Assembly: GCA_963575745.1 (NCBI GenBank)
Contig: CAUYUJ010000180.1
Span: forward strand, 62,001-117,176
Direction: 5' to 3'
Source of the DNA: Prorocentrum cordatum
Taxonomy: Eukaryota
DNA length: 55,176 nt
In this document: in pieces, positions 45,950-55,176 of the stretch
Layout of the letters: every line of letters begins with the position of its first letter
How positions within the stretch are numbered: position 1 is the stretch's first letter
Made by a program: the position numbers and the translations under genes
The notes under the pieces: generated by a model
Told to the model about the DNA's origin: nothing
Seen by the model: only the letters and a program-made list of their open reading frames with translations
The model's database searches: none

Positions 45950-46960
45950 CTGTATTATGTAAGGATCATGTTAGTAATAGTTCGCTAGGTAATGTTTTTT
46001 TGGTAAGGGCTCTTCTTTAAGGGTTCATTTCGTACGGCATCCTTGGTAATGATTCTCCAGTAAAGTCTCCTTTAGTAAGGGTTCCTTCGTCAGGATTCCT
46101 TTCGCAAGGGTTCCTCTGGCAGGACTCTTTCGTAAGAGTTTCCAGGTAATGGATCTTTCGTAAGGACCCCAGAAGTAAGGGTTACTCGAGGATCCTATTA
46201 GTCAGGATTCCTGAATGAGGGTTCTTTAGTACGGACTCCTTTAGTAATGGTTCTTTAGTAATATCCTTTTTGTAAGGATACCCTTAATAAGGATTCCGTA
46301 TCAATGATTCATGTGGGTAGGATTTCGCAGCAAGGATGCAACGAGTAAGGAAATTGCTGATTCACGGGGAAGGATTCCTTCCAGAAAGTTACCATGACAA
46401 TTCACTCTTTCGCAACGGTTCCAGATTAATGAGTTTTCAATGTGGGAGCTTCAGCACGGACCCCTTTAATCCACAATTTTTGTTCTTTCAGTAAGGATTC
46501 AGCAGTCTGGTTGCCTTTGGTACGGATTCCTTGGTGCGGGCGCCTTGGGTAAAACTGGTTACTATAGTAAGGGTTCTGTAGGATGGGATTTCTTAGTAAG
46601 GTTCCTGGCGCTAGGATTCCTCAGCAAGGGTTTTGAAGGATCTCTTGAAAAAGGGTTCTTTGGTCATGATTTCTGACGTAGTCCTCCGTAGTAATCACTT
46701 CAGTAAAGCATGTTTCTCGGGCTGATCTTTAATTGAGGGCTCCTAGAGTGAGGATTCTAAGCGTCCCATGCGTAAGGATTCAAATTACAAGGATTCTTTG
46801 GTGCGTCCTTGTTGCAATTATTCCTTATTCAGGTTCCTCTTCGTGCGCGTTACCAGTAATGATTCCCTTGAGTACGGGTTTCTGAGCATCGATTCCTTTA
46901 GCAACGATCCTCAGTAGGTGCCTGCTGTGAGGATTCATTAGTGGGGATGTCTTCCCCAAC
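45950..46960. repeat. Highly degenerate AGTAAGGATTCCTT-type satellite
   Basis: Recurrent gtaagg(a/g)ttc(c/t)tt words. Confidence 0.7.
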
Positions 46961-47784
46961 GTCTCATGGGCGACACCGCTGTGATGCGGAACCCACAAGG
47001 GTAGCAGACGCTTGGGAATGCCCCCCCCAGCCAAAAAATAGCCCGGCGAGTGGCCCAACCAAATGCAGCTGAGAGCGTCGCGAGGGAGACAAAACGAAGG
47101 AGGGGGGGCACGCAAACTCCGAATAGCGTGCGGTCTAGCCTCTGCTCTCATAGGCAGCGCGCCGCAGGAAGCACGAAGCGCGGGGCAGTGCGGGCAGGGG
47201 GGGGGGGGAATGGGGCCTGGCATTCGGGAGCGCGCAGGGCACGCACGAATCAACTGACAGGGGGCGAGGGGAATCTGGGCAGCAGGACGAGTGGTACCAG
47301 GATTGGTCGGACGGGCGCATGCGAACTCATCGCGGAGGCATTCGGTGGAGTTCGCTATGGGGCCGCGAAGCTTGTGAGGAATGTGCCCGGACAGGTCGAT
47401 ATGCGGAGGGCAGAGGGGAGATGATGGGAGAAAGGAGGGGGAGGAGGAGAGGAGGAATGATATAGGAGACGCGGGGGCTGGCTTTTCAGAACGAGGAGCC
47501 AACACCACATGATGGTTGGGATCAACAAGCAATGGTTAGCCAGCGTGAATCCCAAGCAGTGTGTTTACGGTAATATGTATCGTGTAATTATTGCGGTGTA
47601 ATCGATGTGGTGGTATATTCCCCACCTAGCGAATTCAGATGGTTAGGTGAGCTTTGTCGTTGATTTTCGCGGCCCGCCCGGGTGCTCGGGTGCTTGGGTG
47701 CCCGGGTGCCCGGGTGCTTAGGTGCCCGGGTGTCCAGGTGCTCAGGTGCCCGTGTGCCCGAGTGCCCCGGTGCTTTGTAGCTTT

Positions 47785-48506
47785 ATAGTCCTATAGTCCT
47801 ATAGCCCTATAGCCCCATAGCCCTCTAGGCCTATACCCCTATAGCCTTATATCCCTGTAGCCCATAGCCCAATAGCCCTATAGCCCAATAGCCCTATAGC
47901 CGTATCGCCTGATAGCCTTGTAGCCCTATAGCCCTATAGCCCTATAGCCCTATAGCACTACAGCCCAATAGCCCTATAGCCTATAGCCCTATAGACCTAT
48001 AGCTCCACAATCCTATAGCCCTATAGCCCTATAGCCCTATATCACCATAGCCTTATAGCCCTACAGCCCTATAGCCCTATAATCCTGTAGCCCTATAGCC
48101 CTGTAACCCTATAGCCCTATAGCCCAATCGCCCTATCGCCCTATAGTCCTATAGTCCTATAGCCCTCTCGCCCTCTAGCCCTATAGCCCTGTAACCTTGT
48201 AGCCTTATAGCCTTATAGCCCTATAGCCCTGTTGCCCTATAGATACATATGCCTATAGCCCTTTAGCCCTATAGCCCTATAGCCCCATAGCCCTATGTTG
48301 CCGTAGCCCTATAACCCTACATATCTACAGCCCTGAGGCCCAATAGCTCTATAGCCCCATAGCCCCAGAGCCCCATAGCCCCATAGCCCTACAGCCCTAC
48401 AGCCCTATAGCCCTATGGCCGTATAGCTCTATACCCCTATAGCCCTATAGACCTATAGCCCTATGGCCCTACCGCCTTATAGCCCCATAGCCATATAACC
48501 CTAAAC
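47785..48506. repeat. (CCCTATAG)n 8-bp satellite, preceded by (GGGTGCCC/T)n at 47680-47772
   Basis: gccctatagccctatag... Confidence 0.92.
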
Positions 48507-48554
48507 ATATTCGGATCGTTGTTTTTTTCTCCAGTGTCGTATATATACAGATAT

Positions 48555-49052
48555 CGTGTGCATTAGGTGGTGCAATATATGTTGTGCAGTTAATGTGGTT
48601 CAATCTGCGTGGATCAATGTATGTTGTGAACGCTATGGGGTGCAGTGTAAGTGGTACTATCTGTGTGATGCAGTATACTTTGTACAACTGTACCACTTAT
48701 GTCGTGCAATATATGTGCTGCAACCAATGTGGTGCAATATATGGTGTGCGCTCTATGTGGTACAACATGTGATGTGCAGTTCAGTTGGTGCAATGTGTGC
48801 GGTTCAATCTATGTCGTGCACGCCTTGTGGTGCAGCCTAAGTCGTGCAATTCATGTGGTGCAACCTATGTTGTGCACTCTACGTGGTGAAATGTGTGTGT
48901 GGTGCAATCTACGTGGTGCAGTATGGGTTGTGCACTGTAGTTGGTGCATCCTAGGTTCTGCAACCTCTGTGGTGCAATCTATGCGGTGCATTCTATGTTG
49001 TGCAAGCTGTGTGGTGCAATCTGCGTGGTGCAGAATCTATGTTGTGCAATCT
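48555..49052. repeat. Degenerate GTGGTGCAATCTAT minisatellite
   Basis: Recurrent gtggtgcaa(t/c)ctat. Confidence 0.8.
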
Positions 49053-49054
49053 AA

Positions 49055-49260
49055 GGCGGCGACGAGGCGGCGACGGGGCGGCGACGGCGGCCACATAGCC
49101 GCCAGACCGAAGACACGGCCCAGATGACGGGCGGCGACGAGGCGGCGACGGGGCGGCGACGGCGGCCACGTAGCCGCCAGACCGAAGACACGGCCCCGAC
49201 GACGGGCGACGACGGGCGGCGACGGCTGCCACGCAGCCGCCAGCCCGAAGACACGGGCCA
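49055..49260. repeat. Three ~65-75-bp GC-rich tandem repeats
   Basis: ggcggcgacg...ccac.tagccgccagaccgaagacacgg three times. Confidence 0.85.
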
Positions 49261-49953
49261 GTTCCTGGGAATAGGATTGAGAGCCCCTAATCAAAAAGCG
49301 CTGTCGGCAGGAACTTTGGGAACACCTCCAGGACAACCAAACACAACGTAAAGCCCAAAGATTCAACAGAGACTGCGGGGTCGCCCATTTGGACGTTCGG
49401 GTTGTGTTTTTTTTGGAGGGTTTTCAATCAAGTGTTCCCGCAGTTTCTGCCACCATAGTTTTTTCGTTTCCTGAGCGCGTTCCCCCAAATTTGCCACCCG
49501 TATGTATTCCGCCTTACAGTGGGGTCGCCCATCGGACGTCGGTGTTGCCATTTTTTGGGGGGGTTCCTGAAGGTGTTCCTGCAGCTTCTGCTACCATCGC
49601 TTCGTTCCCAAAGTCCTGGCACTCCGCTTAGGAAGAAGCGACCGAAGAGGCGAAGGAGGAGACGAGGGAAGAGGACAAGGAGGAGAAGGAGGATGATGAG
49701 GAGGAGGAGACGAAGTAAGAGGAGGAGGAGCAGGAGGAGGAGGAGGAGGAAGAGGAGGAGGAGGGGATGAATGAATGAAAAAGGAGGAGAAGGACGACAA
49801 AGATGAAGGACGACGACGAACAGCGAAGAAGGCAGGAGTCGAAAAGAAAGACCGCTGACATCCACCAGGCCTGCTTAGCGCCTGAAGCCCTATATGTAGA
49901 CCCCTTCCCCAGGACCGGTTTTTCATCCTGATCTGTTTGACGGCCCCGGGGTC

Positions 49954-50104
49954 TGAAAACGGCACCAAGGGCTGACAGCCTCATGCCCGAGGTTCTCGAG
50001 CCGCGGGAGGCGTGTGTGGGCGGAGGTTGAAAACGGCACCAAGGGCTGACAGCCTCATGCCCGAGGTTCTCGAGCCGCGGGAGGCGTGTGTGGGCGGAGG
50101 TTGA
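49954..50104. repeat. Perfect 74-bp tandem duplication
   Basis: tgaaaacggcaccaagggctgacagcctcatgcccgaggttctcgagccgcgggaggcgtgtgtgggcggaggt twice. Confidence 0.9.
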
Positions 50105-50433
50105 TCCTTCGATGGCGAGGCACTTCTCTGTTTGGGATGCCTTCTCGACCCGATGGAGAGGAGGAAGATGGGGAGGGAGGAGGAAGGTGAGGAGTTGGAG
50201 GAGAAGGGGGAGGAAGAGGAGGAGGAGGAGGAGGAGGAGGAGGAGGAGGAGGAGGCGGAGGAGGGGGAGGAGGAGAAAGCAGGAGCAGGAGAGGAGCAGG
50301 AGGAGGAGGAGGAGGAGGAGGAGAGGAGGAAGGAGGAGGAGGAGGAGTAGAGAAGGAGTAGGAGGAGGAGGAGGAGGAGGAGGAGGAGGAGGAGGAGGAT
50401 CGATGACGATGGTGATGATGATGAGGAGGATGG

Positions 50434-50469
<36 letters not shown>

Positions 50470-50659
50470 GGAGGAGGAGGAGGAAGCGAGGAGGAGGAGG
50501 AGGAGGAGGAGGAGAGGCGGGGAGGCTTGGTAGGAGGAGGAGGAGGAGGAGGGAGGAGGGAGGAGGGGAGGAGGGAGGGAGGAGGGAGGAGGGAGGAGGA
50601 CCAGGAGCAGGAGCAGGAGGAGGACGATGACTAGGAGGAGGATGAAGACAGGTGGAGCA

Positions 50660-50689
50660 TCATGATGATGCTGATGATGATGCTGATAG

Positions 50690-50766
<77 letters not shown>

Positions 50767-51035
50767 CTGCTGCTGATGATGATGATGATGATGATGATGA
50801 CGATGACGATGACTAGGCGATGCTGATGAGGATGATGATGATGATGATGGTGATGACAACGATGATGATGCTGATGATGATGCTGCTGCTGATGTTGATG
50901 ATGATGGTGATTGTGATGCTGCTGCTGCTGATGCTGCTGATTATGCTGCTGATGATGATGCTGCCGCTGATGATTCTGATGCTTGTGATGATGGTGGTGG
51001 TGGTGGTGGCGATGCTGCTGCTGCTGATGATGATG
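50660..51035. repeat. (GAT/GCT)n microsatellite
   Basis: Direct reading. Confidence 0.95.
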
Positions 51036-51293
51036 AGGAGGAGGAGGAGGAGGAAGAGGAGGAGGAGGAGGACGAGGAGCAGGAGGAGGAGCAGAAGAAG
51101 GAGGATGAGCAGCAGGAACTGGATTATAGACGCTGTGATCTTCCGATCAAGATCCGTGCAATGTAACAGGGAGGATGGGCATGAGCAGGAGGAGGAGGAG
51201 GAGGTGAAGGAGGAGGAAGAGGAGGAGGAGAGCGGGGGAGGGGAGGAGGGAGGCGAAGGAGGAGGAGGAGGAGGAGGAGGAGCAGGAGGAGGA

Positions 51294-52027
51294 GGACCAG
51301 TGTAAACTCAAGACCCATCAACGATACTGCAATGAACCCTCCAAGCTTTCTTCATATGCCCCTGCAAGGGTTCATTCTCACTGAGGGAAGAGCCCCGTTG
51401 GAAGACAGCCGCTTGAGAATCGGGAGCTGTGTCAGACCACCATTCCTGAGACTTCAGCGTCGCGAATCACCGTTACTGCTACGTCTTGACGATCTTGAAT
51501 CGTGCCAAACTGTTCCTGGGACTTTAACACCGCGAATCAACGTGACTGCTACGTCTGGACGATCTTGAACCGTGCCAAACTATTCCTGGGACTTTCACAC
51601 CACGAATCACCGTGACTGTCGCGCCCTGGCATTCCGATATAGTGTGAAAGCATCGTTTCTGGTACGCCAGCCACAATAATCTTCGAAGCTGGTGCAGACT
51701 TTTGATATGAATGTGCGCGGCGCTGAGGCGAGAGCCACATTTTGAAAAGGAGCCGCCCTCCATCCGTGAAGCTGTTACAAGCTTTTGATCTGCATGTGCG
51801 TGGCGCTGCCCTCCATCCATGAAGCTGGTGCAAACTTTGAAGACTAATGTGCGCGGCGCCCAGGCGAGAGCTACATTTTGAAAGCGACCCGCTATCCACC
51901 CGTGAAACTGTTGCACACCTCAAGCTTTAGGTTTTAAATGGCGAGGAAGTCTCAGGCGAAACGCCCCGCCCGCCCTTTCGACCGGCCTCGGGGTGCGACA
52001 GGGAGGAGTTATCTATCAGGAAAAGGT
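51294..52027 (+). mobile_element. Dispersed repeat family C copy
   Basis: ggaccagtgtaaactcaagacccatcaacgat ... gaggaagtctcaggcgaaacgccccgcccgccctttcgaccggcctcggggtgcgacagggaggagttatctatcaggaaaagg. Confidence 0.8.
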
Positions 52028-52226
52028 GTGGAGAAAGAGCAGGAGGAACAGCAGGATCAGGAGTATGAGTATGAGTATGAGTATGAGTACGAGTATGAGT
52101 ATGAGTATGAGTATGGGTATGAGTATGAGTATGAGTAATGAGCATGAGTATGAGTACGAGTATGAGTATTTTATGAGGATGAGGAGGAGGAGGAGGAAAA
52201 TGAGGAGGAGGAGGAGGAACGTAGAT

Positions 52227-52418
52227 GGACAGAAAAGTGGAACCATTGACTCCGCCCCCCCCCCAGATTCGAAATTGGTCCCAGCATTCGGAATCACAGG
52301 CGTGAGAGGACAAAAGAAGAAGTGGACCCCTCCGGGGCCTCCGCTAGGCCCGACCCAAGTTTGAATCTGGGGGGGACGAACATGGGGTCGAAAACGAAGG
52401 AGTTCTACTTTTTTGTCC
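52227..52418. mobile_element. MITE-like nested inverted repeats
   Basis: ggacagaaaagtggaac / gttctacttttttgtcc (15/17) plus inner cccccccagattcgaaattgg / ccaagtttgaatctggggggg. Confidence 0.5.
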
Positions 52419-52458
52419 CCTTACCGGACAAGGAGGAGGAGGAGAAGAAGGAGGAGGA

Positions 52459-53460
52459 GGACCAAGGTAAACCCAAGACTCATCAACGATGTTGAAATAC
52501 ACCTTCTCTCTCAGATCCCTCTTCATAGGCCCTTTTTAAAGGGGTTATTTTTACTGAGGGAATTGTCTCGTTGGGGGGCAACCGTGTGAATATCTAGAAG
52601 CGTGCCAATGCACCATTTTCATGACTTCAACGCCACGAGTTAACCTGACTGTTACCTCTTGGCGATCCTGAATCATGCCAGAACACCATTCCTGGGATTT
52701 CAACACCGCGAATAACCGTAACTGTTGCGCCCTGGCAATCTTGAGTTGTTCCGAGACGCCGTTTCTGGTACGTTAATCTTGAGAACCAGTGAAACGCTTT
52801 AAAACGATGGTGCGCGGCGCTAAGGCGAGAGCCACATTCTGAAAACGAACCGCCCTCAATCCGTGAAGCTCTTGCGAACTTTTAAGGCGAATGCGCGCGG
52901 CGCCAAGGCGATGGCCACATTTTGAGGACGAGCATCCCTCCATCCGTGAGGGTCTTGCAACCTGTTCAGACGAGTGCGCGCGGCGCTGAGGTTAGAGCCA
53001 CATTCTAAAAACGACCCGCCCCCCATCCGTGAAGCTGTTGCAAGCTTTGAGGACGAATGCGTGCGGCACGAAGGCGCGAGCCACATTTTGAAAACGAACT
53101 GACATCAATGCGTAAAGCTCTTGCAGTTTTGAAACGAATGTGCGCGGCGAGAGGACAAGAGCCACATCTGAAAACGACCCGCCCTCCATCCGAGTGTGCG
53201 CGGCGCCCAGGCGAGAGCCACATTTTGAAAACGACCCGCCCTCAATCCGTGAAGCTCTTGCAAATATTTGAAACGAATGTGCGCGGTGCTATTGCGAGAG
53301 CCACATTTTGGAAGCGACCCGCCCTCCATCTATGAAGGTGTTGTCATTTTGAAGCATCAGGGTCGTACGTGGTGAGGAAGTCTCAGGCGCAACACCCGGC
53401 CCGCCCTTTCGACCGGCCTCGGGGTGCGATAGGGAGGAGTTATTTATAAGGGAAAGGAAA
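52459..53460 (+). mobile_element. Dispersed repeat family C copy with expanded ~80-bp subrepeat array
   Basis: Same termini as 51294-52027; about 7 gcgcggc..ag.gccacattttgaaaacgacccgccctc units. Confidence 0.8.
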
Positions 53461-54834
53461 GGAGGAGGAGGAGGAGGAGGAGGAGGAGGAGGAGGAGGAG
53501 GAGGAGGAGGAGGAGGAGAGGAGGAGGAGGAGTGAGGAGGAGGAGGAGGAGGAGGAGGCGGAGGAGGAGGAGGAGAGGAGGAGGAGGAGGAGGAGGAGGG
53601 AGGAGGAGGAGGAGAGGAAGAGGACGGGAGAGGAGGAGGAGGATGAGGAGGAGCAGGAGGAGGAGGAGGAGGACGAAGGAGGTAGGAGGAAGGAGGAGGA
53701 GGAGGAGGAGGGCGGAGGGGGATGAAGGAGGAGGAAGGAGGAGACGGAGGAGGAGGAGGAGGAGGGAGGATAAAGAGGAGGAGGAGGAGGAGGAGGAGGA
53801 GGAGGAGGAGGAGGAGGAGGAGGAGGAGGGAGGAAGGAGAAAGAGGAGGAGGAGGAGGTGAAGGAGGAGTGAGGAGGAGGAGAGGAGGACGAGGGAGGAG
53901 GAGGGGAGGAGGAGGAGAGGAGGAGGAGGAGGGAGGAGGAGGAGGAGGAGGAGGAGTAGCAGGAGGCAGGACCCCTGGGCGGGCGGGCCGCGCGGCGCGG
54001 CGCTGTGGGGGGGACCCGGCAGGGCACCGGCTGGCAGGCCGAGGAGAAGGCGCCGCGGGCCGCGGCGCGCGCGCCCCGCGCGGGCCCTCGCGCGGGCGCC
54101 TGCCCGCCCCCCAGGGCCTTCGGTGTCCGCCGAAGAGCAGGGGGCGGCATACGGTCGGGGCGGCGAGGGGACAAAGCAGGTAGAATGCCCTCTTGTTCGA
54201 CCCTGTGCTGGAGGGATGCTCCGAAGGGCCTCGGCGACCCGTCCTCCGCCTCCTCCGCCTCCGCCTCCTCCTCCTCCTCCTCCGCCTCCGCCTCCTCCGC
54301 CTCCTCCTCCTCCTCCTCCTCCGCCTCCGCCTCCTTCTCCATCTCCTCCTCCTCCTCTTCCTCCTCCTCCTCCTTCTCCTCCTCCTCCTCCATTTCCTCC
54401 TCCTCCATCTTCTCCTCCCCCTCCCTCTCCTCCACCTCCTCCTCCTTTTCCTCGGGTCGCCTACGGCCCCGGGGGGAACCGCGCACCCTGTGCTCGTCCC
54501 CCCCCCTCCCCTCCCTCGGCTTGTCAATCTTAGGTACAGTGCCGAGTTCGAGGCTGGTGGTTGTCCCTGGGCCGAGCGTCTTTCCGTCGTTGCTGCCTCC
54601 TGGGGGCCGACGCCAGACCGCCCCGTGCTGCGAGGAGAAGCGTGGATGCTGCACTGCGCTCCGAGCAGTGCTTGCAGTCAAGGGCTCTTAGCTTTCTCTT
54701 CGTGGGCACTCGGCCCGTCGGCGTGCCCAGCGGCCCCCGGTCACGTCCGTTGCCGCCCCGCCTTCCCTGGCACGAGGCCCGTTCGCGGGCCTGGCGGCCC
54801 CGTGCTCCTCCGCCGCCACCCCGCATTTTCCTTC

Positions 54835-55176
54835 ATCGGATTGCACTGCACAGCAGTCGCATTGCACCGGGTTGCTCTGCACTGCTTTGCGTTGCTTGGC
54901 GCTGGTTTGCAGTTCTGTGCCCTGCTTTGCCTTGCTTTGCCTTGCTTTGCCTTGCTTTGCATTGCTGTTCACTGCGATGCACTGCTTTGCATTGCTTAAC
55001 GTTGCTTCGTGTTGCGTGGCATTGCCTTGCAGGGCTTTGCATGTGTCTGCATTGGTCTTCATGGGTACTCATGGCATTCCATGGCGTTCCATGGCTTTGC
55101 ATGGCTTTGCATGGTTTACACTGTGCATTCTTTTACATTGCTTTGCATCGCGTTGCATTGCTTTGCTTTGCTTTGC
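54835..55176. repeat. (TTGCN)n pentanucleotide satellite
   Basis: ttgctttgccttgcattgc... Confidence 0.85.

Noticed and set aside
52800..53340. Regularly spaced repeats resembling a CRISPR array
   Set aside because: The intervening sequences are homologous to each other (tandem ~80-bp units), there are no cas genes, and the context is eukaryotic.

Overview
Eukaryotic, GC-rich, microsatellite-saturated DNA that is almost certainly dinoflagellate (Prorocentrum-like, by inference). Evidence: GA-AG and GC-AG introns with AG|G repeated at both boundaries, and interstitial (CCCTAAA)n telomeric repeats. Most ORF-track entries are low-complexity artefacts. Manual splicing reveals three co-oriented, intron-rich + strand genes at about 10.4-33.1 kb. 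(1) A ~1440-aa hAT-like DDE transposase with one in-frame TAA. (2) A ~630-aa stand-alone DNMT5-type C5 cytosine methyltransferase lacking the SNF2 part. (3) A ~1190-aa unknown Cys-rich/AT-hook-like protein. Together they look like a giant cut-and-paste transposon carrying its own DNA methyltransferase; I could not find its termini. The cluster lies between two small exons (5672-5732 and 40154-~40220) that splice in frame, suggesting it sits in a ~34-kb host intron. The rest is non-autonomous repeats: a Helentron/HINE-like satellite-carrying element, a GGA-embedded element, telomere-repeat-delimited units, MITE-like inverted repeats, satellites and several perfect 21-22-bp hairpins.
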